Shown here: piece after piece, positions 48,220-57,662 of the stretch
How positions within the stretch are numbered: the first letter of the stretch is position 1
How the letters are laid out: each line of letters starts with the position of its first letter
NCBI GenBank assembly: GCA_027858855.1
Contig: JAQIBV010000039.1
Span: forward strand, 84,990 to 148,989
DNA from: Spirochaetota bacterium
Lineage (GTDB): Bacteria; Spirochaetota; UBA4802; JAFGJZ01
Reading direction: 5' to 3'
DNA length: 64,000 bases
Program-made: the position numbers and the translations under genes
The notes under the pieces: model-generated
The model's database searches: none
Told to the model about the DNA's origin: nothing
What the model saw: the letters and a program-made list of their open reading frames with translations, nothing else

Positions 48220-50242
48220 TACGCAAATATCGGTTATTAATAGCAAGCTCCACCTTGTCTATGGATACTGAATCAAGATAATTCACAGCCTTTTCACGAG
48301 CAATCTGCAGCAAAACAGTATCCGTTAAGATGTCGGCATAACGAAATCCACTACTAAACCCTGACTGCATAAGACCTTGTATTTCACCGGCACCACGCAA
48401 TTCAAGATCCTTCTCTGCAATAAAAAAGCCATCGTCTGATTTTTCAAGTATCGAAATTCTCTCTTTTGCGTGTGTAGAAATATTATCGGGATGAAAGAGT
48501 ACACAGAAAGATTGCAGAGATCCACGACCAACACGTCCCCGCAGCTGATGCAACTGAGCTAGTCCAAACCTTTCAGGGTGTTGTATTACCATTACAGTCG
48601 CGTTCGGAATGTCGATTCCAACTTCGATTACCGTCGTTGAAACCAGAATAGAGGCGCGGTTATGCAAAAAATCATCCATTATACGCTCTTTCTCTTCGCT
48701 CTTCATTTTACCATGAACAACTGCAACGGTATAATTCGGAAAACGAGCATGCAATATATCATGACATTCAGTAACGGAAGTAAGCTCTGATTCATCATTA
48801 GGATCAATCAATGGAAGAACAAAAAAGCACTGCTGCCCTTTACTCACATATTTTTCAATTGAACGATACAGGGCCTCAGCACGACTTTCGGATATCAACA
48901 TTGTCTTAATCGGCAATCTGCCGACCGGTTTTTCTTTGATTACTGAAACATCCATATCGCCATACAGTGTAAGGGCAAGCGAGCGGGGGATGGGTGTAGC
49001 ACTCATGGCCAGAAGATGTACCGATTCCGATTTGCGACGAAGTGCGTATCGTTGTTCAATACCAAAACGGTGCTGTTCATCGATAACGGCCAGGGCAAGA
49101 TCCTTGAAAGAAACAGTCTGCTGAATGAGCGCGTGTGTACCTATGACAAGATCAATCGATCCATCTGCAAGACCTTTATATATCTCATTTTTTTCAGTAC
49201 GGGGAGTAAATCCAGTAAGAAGTGCAATTGATAGTTCAGGAAGCATAGTGCTTAGAGTTTCATAATGCTGGCGAGCTAGCAAAGATGTAGGAGCCATAAA
49301 AGCACTTTGTTTTCTATGGCTCGTCATAACATAACAGAGACAGGCCGCAATCACTGTCTTACCCGAACCAACATCTCCCTGTAAAAGACGGTTCATCGGT
49401 AACCCACCGGTTATTTCATAACTCATTTCATCGATTGCATTGCGTTGATCATTTGTTAATGTGAAGGGCAGGGTAGCTATAAATTCCGCTACGACATTTA
49501 CTTTATCATTTTGCTTACTCATGCATTTTTGTTTTAATGTGCGTTTCTGGTATTGAATAAGAAGCTGCAAAAAAAAGAGCTCAGAGAAGGCTAATCGTTC
49601 ACGAACCCGTAGAATGTCATCAATCCTCTCCGGGAAGTGATTCAACCGTAATGCTTCACCGAGAGTCAAGGATGATATGTCCTTGTACAGGCCTCGTTCC
49701 AGATCATCATATTGGGGAGAAAGATGGTGATCTACCGCATGCTTAATGATTTTCCGCATTACCTTTGAGGATACACCTTTCTCTTTCATGACGCCAGGAA
49801 TGGAGTAATAGGGAACTACGCGTCCCGTGTTAACAGAGCCAGCGTTTTCGTTAAATTCAAACTCCGGGTGTACCATTACCCGACCACCTTTGATAGTGAC
49901 CTTGCCGGATACAACCAGTTCGGTTCCCTCACTGAATTGTTTTCGGTAAAACTGAAGACCTCCAAAAAAAAGGATTTTAAGAGATCCGCTTTCGTCGCTC
50001 AGGACTAGTTCAAGATATTTCTTTTTAAAACCGGAAATTCTGATCGCATGGATTTTACCGGAAATAGTTGCGTACTCATTATCGTCTGTTTCTGCTATTA
50101 ATTTATGTGAAGAAAGATCAACATAACGATGAGGTCTTATAAAAAGGATATCCTCAATAGTGGATACTTTCAGGAATTCATTAAAAAGAAGAGCGCGCTT
50201 CACACCAACAGCCGGTAAAACTGTCACCGGATCATTAATCAT
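48209..50242 (-). CDS. recG: ATP-dependent DNA helicase RecG
   Basis: Wedge/OB N-terminus and helicase motifs GDVGSGKT, DEQHRFG, SATPIPRS and QLRGRVGRG. Confidence 0.95.
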   Translation of the reverse strand: MINDPVTVLPAVGVKRALLFNEFLKVSTIEDILFIRPHRYVDLSSHKLIAETDDNEYATISGKIHAIRISGFKKKYLELVLSDESGSLKILFFGGLQFYRKQFSEGTELVVSGKVTIKGGRVMVHPEFEFNENAGSVNTGRVVPYYSIPGVMKEKGVSSKVMRKIIKHAVDHHLSPQYDDLERGLYKDISSLTLGEALRLNHFPERIDDILRVRERLAFSELFFLQLLIQYQKRTLKQKCMSKQNDKVNVVAEFIATLPFTLTNDQRNAIDEMSYEITGGLPMNRLLQGDVGSGKTVIAACLCYVMTSHRKQSAFMAPTSLLARQHYETLSTMLPELSIALLTGFTPRTEKNEIYKGLADGSIDLVIGTHALIQQTVSFKDLALAVIDEQHRFGIEQRYALRRKSESVHLLAMSATPIPRSLALTLYGDMDVSVIKEKPVGRLPIKTMLISESRAEALYRSIEKYVSKGQQCFFVLPLIDPNDESELTSVTECHDILHARFPNYTVAVVHGKMKSEEKERIMDDFLHNRASILVSTTVIEVGIDIPNATVMVIQHPERFGLAQLHQLRGRVGRGSLQSFCVLFHPDNISTHAKERISILEKSDDGFFIAEKDLELRGAGEIQGLMQSGFSSGFRYADILTDTVLLQIAREKAVNYLDSVSIDKVELAINNRYLRIIS

Positions 50243-50565
50243 TAATCACTAGTCTCCTCTGCGATATACCAAACAGAATTCGGGATCTGTACATATTTCC
50301 CGTCTTTTGTATAAAAGAAGGAGTAGTCGCGGTCAGAACCGTCGCCAGATGTAACCTTTTGAACACCGCTCCACCTCTTAACAATTTTACCATTCATGTC
50401 AAAAACGGTAACGGTAAGGTTCATTCCGGTTATCGACTCTATCTTCCGCTTTACCACATTTTTTTGTTCATAGGTAAAATAATATTTAAAATAAAGAAAA
50501 GTTGTAATAACCGTAAGGAGTGCGAGTAAAATAAAAAAAATCAGAGCCTTCTGTTTTAATTTCAT
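50242..50565 (-). CDS. small membrane-anchored hypothetical protein
   Basis: N-terminal TM ALIFFILLALLTVITTFLYF. Its stop overlaps the recG start (TAATG). Confidence 0.55.
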   Translation of the reverse strand: MKLKQKALIFFILLALLTVITTFLYFKYYFTYEQKNVVKRKIESITGMNLTVTVFDMNGKIVKRWSGVQKVTSGDGSDRDYSFFYTKDGKYVQIPNSVWYIAEETSD

Positions 50566-50572
50566 ATAAACC

Positions 50573-52024
50573 TCACTTTTTCCAAAATAGTGGCGTAAAA
50601 AGAACCAGTACCGTATACAGTTCCAGACGCCCTACAAGCATCGCGAAAGATAAAAATAATTGTATATAATCAGGATAAAAAGCATAATTATATGCCGGTC
50701 CTACTTTACCAAGCCCAGGGCCAATATTGCCTACAGTTGCAAGGGCTGTAGTAAACGAAGTTAAAAGATCCTGACCACTTGTAGCAACAATAAGTGTTGT
50801 GATAAGTAAAATTAAAATATAGATAAAAATAAAAGCTGCAATTGAATAAGCAATATCTTTTCGAATAGCCGAACCGTTAACTCGAAGCCTGAAAATACCC
50901 CGGGGATGCAAAAGATACTTCATCTCATTCATGGCCATCTTGACCAAAGTAATAATTCGAATTACCTTAATTCCTCCACCGGTTGAGCCTGAACATCCAC
51001 CAATAAACATCAGCAAGAAAAGAAGAGTTATTGAAAATGGAGGCCACAAACTAAAATCAGTAGTGGCGAAACCGGTAGTTGTCAAAACTGAAGCGACCTG
51101 AAAAGTTGCATACTGAATAGCAGTAAAAAAAGAATCGTAATAGTTAGAATAAAGATCATAAGTTATTAAACCACTTACTATGAAAAATATTGAAAGAAAA
51201 ACCTTGATTTCACTGTCACGAAAGACTGATTTAAAATTACCGATTAAAAGACGATAGTGAAGACTATAGTTAATGCCCGCAAGTATCATGAACAGAGTTA
51301 TTATAGAATGAATATATGGCGAGTCAAAATGTCCAATGGAACTGTTATAGGTAGAAAAACCTCCGGTTGCGAGTGTTGCAAAGGTAGTAGTCACCGCATC
51401 GAATAAATTCATTCCTGTTAGCATCAACAGCAATGTTTCAACAACAGTCATACCGAAATAGATAAGCCATAATATTTTAGCGGTTCCTTTAATGCGAGGG
51501 GTTAACTTATCCATTGTCGGACCAGGAGCCTCTGCTTTAATGAGTTGAAGACCTCCGATACCCAGCATTGGCAGAATTGCTACTGTTAAAACAACAATTC
51601 CCATTCCACCCAACCAATGGGTTTGTGACCGCCAAAACAACAATGAGCGCGGCAACTCTTCTATATTTGTAAGAATTGTTGCACCTGTTGTAGAAAAACC
51701 AGACATAGTTCCAAAGTAGGCCGAAATAAAACCCGGTATGGCTCCTGTAATGTAAAACGGAAGGGCTCCCACGAATGAGGCCATAACCCAGCTTAAACTT
51801 ACAAATAAAAAACCATCACGTGGTTGGAGTTCAGAAGTATATCTGTTTCTAAACAGATATAGAATAAAAAATCCTATAAATATAACAGTACCGATAATAA
51901 TAGTAAATGCAAAAAAAACATCATTTTCTGAATAATAAAGAGCAATAATTGCAGGAATAATCATATTCATGGCAATTATTATTAACAGAGCGCTTAATGG
52001 TTTTATAACATTTTTAAGATTCAT
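50573..52024 (-). CDS. trkH: TrkH-family potassium uptake protein
   Basis: 483 aa polytopic protein with repeated selectivity-filter-like motifs (TTGF, GGFS, GGCSGSTGGGIKV). Confidence 0.92.
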   Translation of the reverse strand: MNLKNVIKPLSALLIIIAMNMIIPAIIALYYSENDVFFAFTIIIGTVIFIGFFILYLFRNRYTSELQPRDGFLFVSLSWVMASFVGALPFYITGAIPGFISAYFGTMSGFSTTGATILTNIEELPRSLLFWRSQTHWLGGMGIVVLTVAILPMLGIGGLQLIKAEAPGPTMDKLTPRIKGTAKILWLIYFGMTVVETLLLMLTGMNLFDAVTTTFATLATGGFSTYNSSIGHFDSPYIHSIITLFMILAGINYSLHYRLLIGNFKSVFRDSEIKVFLSIFFIVSGLITYDLYSNYYDSFFTAIQYATFQVASVLTTTGFATTDFSLWPPFSITLLFLLMFIGGCSGSTGGGIKVIRIITLVKMAMNEMKYLLHPRGIFRLRVNGSAIRKDIAYSIAAFIFIYILILLITTLIVATSGQDLLTSFTTALATVGNIGPGLGKVGPAYNYAFYPDYIQLFLSFAMLVGRLELYTVLVLFTPLFWKK

Positions 52025-53366
52025 TTTTTGTAAAAATCTTCTCGATCTTTGGAATGCTCTTTTTTTTGGTAATTATTAAAACCGAATCACTTTCAAAAAA
52101 AATTAAATCACCGGAGGGTACAATTTTGGAATTTTTTCTGTTAATTGAAATAATGAGGGAACTATTGGGCATGTTGATATTCTTAAGTTTTTTACCAATA
52201 ACCGGATTAGTTTCATCAAGAGTGAATTCGAGTATTTCAGCCATTCCGTTAAAAATACTTTTAACAGAAGTAATATTACCCTTACGAATATATTTTAGAA
52301 TCGAATCTACTGAAGAGCTTTTGGGACTAACAACAGAATCAATTCCAAGCTGACGAGATAATTTCAAATAATTGTTATTTACTACAAGTGCAATAGCTCG
52401 TTTGGTTCCCACTTTTTTTGCATAAAGTGCTGTTAATAGATTCAACTCTTCATTATTGGTCAAACAGATGATAAGATCGTAACCTGGGATTTTTTCTTCT
52501 TCGTAAATATTTTCATCGGTAATGTCTGCATTTACTATTAACGCTTCAGTATAAATGTCAGACAACTCTTTACAAGTATTGTAATCTTTATCAATCAGCG
52601 TAACAGTGTAATTATTAGCAAGCAACCGGCTTATAACACGTGATCCGATACGTGTGCCGCCCACTACCAAAATTTTTTTTAAACCAGTATTCGAATAGTC
52701 CTTCTTTTTAAAAACGTCTTTAATGCTATAATCAGGCGCCTGGAAATAGATGCTATCGTTTTCAAGTATTAGTGTTTCACCGGATGGAATAATAAGATTA
52801 TCATTACGCATAATTGCAGATACTAAAAAACCGGAATCTATTGTTGTGCGAATAGTATGGAGAGACTTATTTATCAGTGCAGAATCTTTTTCTACTTCCA
52901 TGTTTATGAGCCTGACATTACTTTTCTTGAAATTAATTACATGGCTCAGAGCACCGAATTCGGTGATCTCGATTATCTCTTTAGCGGCCTCAATTTCCGG
53001 ATTCACTACATAGTCAATATTCAAAAATTTTTCAGAAATGATGACACTGTTCTGATATTCCGGATTACGTATACGCGTGATTATTTTACCAACATTAAAA
53101 AGATTCGCAACTATACCTGAAGCAATCATGTTTATTTCATCAGAATCGGTGACACTGATAAAAAAATCTGCCTTAACAACACCTGCTTTCATAAGATCAC
53201 CGACACTGCTTGCACTTCCTTCGATGACCATACAATCAAGTGTAGATGAGACGAACTTAGCACGATCCGAACAAGATTCGATCAGAATCACATCTTTTCC
53301 TTCGTCAATAAGGTGTTTGGCTATTTGAATTCCGACAGCGCCGGCTCCGGCAATAATTATATGCAT
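52014..53366 (-). CDS. trkA: Trk system potassium uptake protein TrkA (two RCK units)
   Basis: MHIIIAGAGAVGIQIAKHL and a second VVGGTRIGSRV Rossmann motif. Overlaps trkH by 11 nt. Confidence 0.92.
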   Translation of the reverse strand: MHIIIAGAGAVGIQIAKHLIDEGKDVILIESCSDRAKFVSSTLDCMVIEGSASSVGDLMKAGVVKADFFISVTDSDEINMIASGIVANLFNVGKIITRIRNPEYQNSVIISEKFLNIDYVVNPEIEAAKEIIEITEFGALSHVINFKKSNVRLINMEVEKDSALINKSLHTIRTTIDSGFLVSAIMRNDNLIIPSGETLILENDSIYFQAPDYSIKDVFKKKDYSNTGLKKILVVGGTRIGSRVISRLLANNYTVTLIDKDYNTCKELSDIYTEALIVNADITDENIYEEEKIPGYDLIICLTNNEELNLLTALYAKKVGTKRAIALVVNNNYLKLSRQLGIDSVVSPKSSSVDSILKYIRKGNITSVKSIFNGMAEILEFTLDETNPVIGKKLKNINMPNSSLIISINRKNSKIVPSGDLIFFESDSVLIITKKKSIPKIEKIFTKNES

Positions 53367-53393
53367 TTCGCTAAACTATTGCTAATCATACGC

Positions 53394-53443
53394 ATGTCAA
53401 GTTATTTTGATTGACATATCAGCTTTTTACTTAACATATGTTA
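53394..53443. promoter_or_regulatory. divergent promoter region with a symmetric -35 pair and a 12-bp perfect palindrome abutting the dinB start
   Basis: ATGTCAA-N10-TTGACAT (53394-53417) provides a TTGACA on each strand. TAACATATGTTA (53432-53443) ends 2 nt before the dinB ATG (53446). No Shine-Dalgarno sequence is visible. Confidence 0.35.
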
Positions 53444-53445
53444 GT

Positions 53446-54636
53446 ATGAAGCGGGTAATAATACATATCGATATGGACGCATTCTTTGCCGCAGTCGAGC
53501 AGAATGATCACCCTGAATACCGGCAAAAACCGATTGTTATAGGCTCTGATCCGGAAAAGGGTAAGGGGCGAGGGGTGGTCTCGACGGCTTCATATGAAGC
53601 TAGAAAATTCGGTATCCGTTCGGCTATGCCTATTTCTGAAGCATACCTTCGTTGTCCCAATGCAGTTTTTTTACGTGGGAACATGAAACGTTATAAAGCA
53701 GTTTCAGATCAGATAATGGCAATATTCCGCTCATATTCGCCATTAGTAGAGCCTATTAGCCTTGATGAGGCATTTCTTGATTGCAGTGGCTGTCAGCAAA
53801 TATTCGGTTCACCAAAAGAAATCGCGCAAAAAATTAAAGATCATATATTTCAACAAACAGGTCTGACTTCTTCAGCTGGAATCTCTTCTGTCAAATCCGT
53901 TGCAAAAATTGCATCAGATATGCAAAAACCCGATGGCCTTACAATTTGTCCCGCAGGTAACGAAATAAATTTTTTAAAAGATCTGAGCATTTCCAGGTTG
54001 TGGGGAGTAGGTAAAAAATCCTTTGCAACACTCTCTGGACTTGGGCTTAACCGTATTGGTGATATCAGCTCACGCAAGCGTCATGATATGGAGCTGATTT
54101 TGGGTAAAAGTGGTGGAGAACTGTGGGATCTTGCCTGTGGAATTGACAACCGGCCTGTTTATGGTGAGAACTGGCAGCGGAAGTCAATAAGTGAAGAGAT
54201 AACTTTCCGTGAAGACAAAAAATCCTTTGACGAAATAATCCTTACATTAAAATATCTTTGTGATAATATCTCATATCTGATGTCATGCGAAGGCTGCAAA
54301 GCACGAACAGTTTCCTTAAAGCTCCGCTTTGATAATTTTGAGACCATAACTCGCAGCAAAACCCTTGACGAGTGCACCCGTGCGTACAATATTATCTTTT
54401 CAATAATAAAAGAGATGCTTGAAAGAGCTTTTATTATTGGTCGAAAAATAAGACTTGTCGGTGTTTCAATGAGCAACCTGGAGTTCGGCGTCTACGAGAC
54501 TCAGCCTGAGCTTTTTTCAGGCCAGGATACCGAAACAATACAAGAAGCTGTTCTGGATTCTGTTATAAATGATTTAAAAACAAAATATGGGAAAAAAATA
54601 AAACGGGCAACACTGTTGCACAATTTGGAGCGATAA
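53446..54636 (+). CDS. dinB: DNA polymerase IV (Y-family)
   Basis: MKRVIIHIDMDAFFAAVEQ, SLDEAFLD, and GVGKK in the little-finger region. ATG 53446 is preferred over the ORF-track TTG at 53407. Confidence 0.93.
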   Translation: MKRVIIHIDMDAFFAAVEQNDHPEYRQKPIVIGSDPEKGKGRGVVSTASYEARKFGIRSAMPISEAYLRCPNAVFLRGNMKRYKAVSDQIMAIFRSYSPLVEPISLDEAFLDCSGCQQIFGSPKEIAQKIKDHIFQQTGLTSSAGISSVKSVAKIASDMQKPDGLTICPAGNEINFLKDLSISRLWGVGKKSFATLSGLGLNRIGDISSRKRHDMELILGKSGGELWDLACGIDNRPVYGENWQRKSISEEITFREDKKSFDEIILTLKYLCDNISYLMSCEGCKARTVSLKLRFDNFETITRSKTLDECTRAYNIIFSIIKEMLERAFIIGRKIRLVGVSMSNLEFGVYETQPELFSGQDTETIQEAVLDSVINDLKTKYGKKIKRATLLHNLER

Positions 54637-55457
54637 TGGATAAAAATAACAAAAATACAAGCGAAAATAAATATATAGTATTTGATGTAGAGTCGGTTCC
54701 AGACGGGCGTCTAATTAAAGATGTAAAATATCCGGGTGAACAGATAACAGAGGACGAGGCAATTACCCGTTTACAGGATGAAGTATTTGAAAGAAGCGGT
54801 GGAAAGAGTAACTTTATCCCTGTAACTTTTCAATACCCGGTATGTGTTATCATGGCGCTTCTGAATGACAGGTATGAGCTTAACGAAATCAAATCTCTTG
54901 ACTATGGTCAATTCAGAGCATCCGAAATAGCTCGAAGTTTCTGGTTTCGCATCGAAGTTCTGGATAAAAAGGCGTCGCTTGTAACCTTTAATGGACGTGG
55001 TTTTGATATTCCGATAATGGAACTAATGGCTTACCGATACGGTTTCGAGGCAAAACGACATCTTACCGATAAATTTGGAACACGTTTCCGTTTTGGCACT
55101 CGACATATCGACCTGCAAGACTTCATCGGAAACTATAACGCTATCCAGGTAAATGGCGGGCTGAATATGCTTGCCAAGACTATAGGTCTACCGGGAAAAA
55201 CGGACACAGCGGGTGATCAGGTTCACCAGCTATATAAGGATGGAAAGATAGAACAGATTAACAATTATTGTATACATGATGTTCTTGATACCTACTTTGT
55301 TTTTTTACGAACACGTCTGATGCTTGGAGATATTACGGCTGATGATGAAAAGAGAATAAAAAATAATGCCATAGAACTGATAAAGGGCAGTGAAGAATTC
55401 AAGGTTGCTTATGAATCATATCTCTCACATATGCATCCATTTGAACCCTGGCCCTGA
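54636..55457 (+). CDS. predicted 3'-5' exonuclease related to the PolB exonuclease domain (RNase H-like fold)
   Basis: Exo I IVFDVESVPD, Exo II FNGRGFDIPIM, Exo III NNYCIHDVLDTY. The start overlaps the dinB stop (TAATG). Confidence 0.7.
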   Translation: MDKNNKNTSENKYIVFDVESVPDGRLIKDVKYPGEQITEDEAITRLQDEVFERSGGKSNFIPVTFQYPVCVIMALLNDRYELNEIKSLDYGQFRASEIARSFWFRIEVLDKKASLVTFNGRGFDIPIMELMAYRYGFEAKRHLTDKFGTRFRFGTRHIDLQDFIGNYNAIQVNGGLNMLAKTIGLPGKTDTAGDQVHQLYKDGKIEQINNYCIHDVLDTYFVFLRTRLMLGDITADDEKRIKNNAIELIKGSEEFKVAYESYLSHMHPFEPWP

Positions 55458-55589
55458 TAGTTAAAATGATAGAGCAGGAAATTTAGTTGACGATATCGGC
55501 TCTATTTGTAACCCCTAATAATTACCTTTAAAAAGTAACAAAAAAGAAAAAACCATACAAAATTATCTTAAATAAGCGAGCTTAACAAT

Positions 55590-56513
55590 TTGAAACAGAT
55601 AGATATACTTGAGCTAATAGAGCCTTTCGGAAAAGTTCTTGTTAACGAGCCGATGAAAAATCATACATCTTTTAAAACAGGTGGGCCTGCCGATTATCTT
55701 ATATTACCTGAATCTGAAAATGTGGCTGCAAAACTTATCTCCATGCTGCATAATGAGAAGATTTCGTATACAGTTCTGGGTGGTTGTACCAATCTTGTAG
55801 TCGGTGATGAAGGAATTCGCGGTGTTGTAATTAAAATCTCTGATGATAGACCCGGTTTCAATTCGATATCAATTATTGATGAAAATACAATATATGCCGC
55901 AGCAGGTGTTCGAAAAAGTGACTTTATACAATTTGCCGCCGATAATGGTTTCACCGGCATAGATTTCATGGTAGGCATTCCCGGATGTATCGGAGGCGGA
56001 ATTGTAATGAACGCCGGTACATATATGGGTACATTTTCATCGGTTTTAAAAAAGGTTTACTATATTAATTTAAAGGGTGAGCCAAGTTCTACCGAAGTTG
56101 ATTCCACGATGGGACTCTACCGACACCTGAACCTTGAAAAGGAGTGTGTCCTGATTACGGGAGCCGACTTTACACTGCCGCAGGCAAGTGATTCAGCAAC
56201 TGTGAAACAGGCAATTGAAGCCATTATCGATGACCGCAAACAGAAACATCCCTGGGAATTTCCAAGTGCTGGTTCAGTATTCAAAAATCCAGAAAATGAA
56301 GCATCCTGGAAACTTGTTAATGACTGCGGCCTGAAAGGTTACAGTATTGGCGGCGCACAGGTTTCTGAAAAACATACAAACTTTATTGTTAACAAGGGAG
56401 GGGCATCATCAGCCGAAATTAGAGCCCTGGTTGCCTATATACAATCGCAGGTGAAGGCAAAATACGATATTGACCTTCATACCGAAATAAGAATGATTGG
56501 CAATTTTAATTGA
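55590..56513 (+). CDS. murB: UDP-N-acetylenolpyruvoylglucosamine reductase
   Basis: NEPMKNHTSFKTGGPADYL, GGCTNLVV, and ...SAGSVFKNP...GGAQVSEKHTNFIVN. TTG start. Confidence 0.92.
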   Translation: MKQIDILELIEPFGKVLVNEPMKNHTSFKTGGPADYLILPESENVAAKLISMLHNEKISYTVLGGCTNLVVGDEGIRGVVIKISDDRPGFNSISIIDENTIYAAAGVRKSDFIQFAADNGFTGIDFMVGIPGCIGGGIVMNAGTYMGTFSSVLKKVYYINLKGEPSSTEVDSTMGLYRHLNLEKECVLITGADFTLPQASDSATVKQAIEAIIDDRKQKHPWEFPSAGSVFKNPENEASWKLVNDCGLKGYSIGGAQVSEKHTNFIVNKGGASSAEIRALVAYIQSQVKAKYDIDLHTEIRMIGNFN

Positions 56514-57322
56514 ACAGCTCAATATATAAACAAAGTTTTTGTGCCCTCGACATCGAAACAACCGGAGTCAATCCCTTTACCGATAAAATTATAGAGATCG
56601 GAATTGTCAAATTTTCTATAGATAAGGGGGAGGTCGAATCTTACGAAACACTGATCAATCCCGGTATTCCCGTTTCGCACCAGTCACATCTGATTCATAA
56701 TATCACCGAAGAGGATCTTACAGACAAACCGGCTTATCACGAAGTCTATGATCTGATAAGAGACACGATAAAAGACACCTATCTCGTTATTCAAAATCCA
56801 CAGTTTGACCTTTCTTTTCTACAGTCGGAAAATAGAAGTGCGGATTTACCAATCTTCACTAATTACTCATTTGATACTGTTATACTGGCTAAGAAGGTCT
56901 TTAAGGGGTTAAAAAATCATAAACTGGAAACGGTTTCAAGACATCTTAATTGTGTACGAAATTTCCATCGTGCACTTGATGATGCCTTCTGTTGCATGGA
57001 TATTTTTGTGGAGGGTGTAAAACGTATTGATCCGGCACATCTTTTTACGGTTTCAGACCTATCAGGAGTTTGTGGTTTTAACACCGAAGAAAAAATTCTA
57101 AGAGTTATGCATAATTATAAGTGGAAAGGGGTAACCCTTGAACCTGGTTTTGAATATATTATTAAATACAGTGATAAGGCTGGGTCTGTAACTGAAAGAA
57201 AAATTCTTACCAAGAATCTTTTTAAAAACGGATCAACTCTCTTTTTGCATGCTTTCTGTCATCTGCGAAATGAGGAGCGGTTCTTCAAACTGGCTCGTAT
57301 TAGGAATATAACACTATGCTGA
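56510..57322 (+). CDS. DEDDh (DnaQ-like) 3'-5' exonuclease fused to a C-terminal WYL domain
   Basis: Exo I CALDIETTG, Exo II NPQFDLSFL, Exo III HRALDDA. The C-terminus YIIKYSDKAGSVTERKILTKNLFKNGSTLFLHAFCHLRNEERFFKLARIRNI fits the WYL pattern. The TTG start overlaps the murB stop. Confidence 0.7.
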   Translation: MNSSIYKQSFCALDIETTGVNPFTDKIIEIGIVKFSIDKGEVESYETLINPGIPVSHQSHLIHNITEEDLTDKPAYHEVYDLIRDTIKDTYLVIQNPQFDLSFLQSENRSADLPIFTNYSFDTVILAKKVFKGLKNHKLETVSRHLNCVRNFHRALDDAFCCMDIFVEGVKRIDPAHLFTVSDLSGVCGFNTEEKILRVMHNYKWKGVTLEPGFEYIIKYSDKAGSVTERKILTKNLFKNGSTLFLHAFCHLRNEERFFKLARIRNITLC

Positions 57323-57613
57323 TCGCTTGTGATCGATAAAAAACTTTATTAGGCCTAAGCGGCTGAACAGTGTCTCAATCCATTCTGATGGAATCATATT
57401 AAACGATAGATTTCTCTTCTCTTTTTCACTTTTAAGATAGATTAGAAAGCCTATGAAGGCCGAATGAATATAGATAGTTGCCGACAGATCCAGAACAATG
57501 TTCTCTTCAATGAAACTATCAATCATTGTATAGAGTTCGGGAATGTGTTCAAATGTTATTCGTTCAGGAAAAGCATAGACACTGTTTTCTGATTTTACCA
57601 TATTATACCCCAT
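57314..57613 (-). CDS. STAS-domain protein (anti-sigma-factor-antagonist-like)
   Basis: 99 aa. VLDLSATIYIHSAFIGFLIYLK resembles the STAS core. The assignment is tentative. Confidence 0.45.
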   Translation of the reverse strand: MGYNMVKSENSVYAFPERITFEHIPELYTMIDSFIEENIVLDLSATIYIHSAFIGFLIYLKSEKEKRNLSFNMIPSEWIETLFSRLGLIKFFIDHKRSA

Positions 57614-57662
57614 ATATAATCTATCGTCCCGTTTGGGTTATTACTTGAGAAGGATTTGCAAA

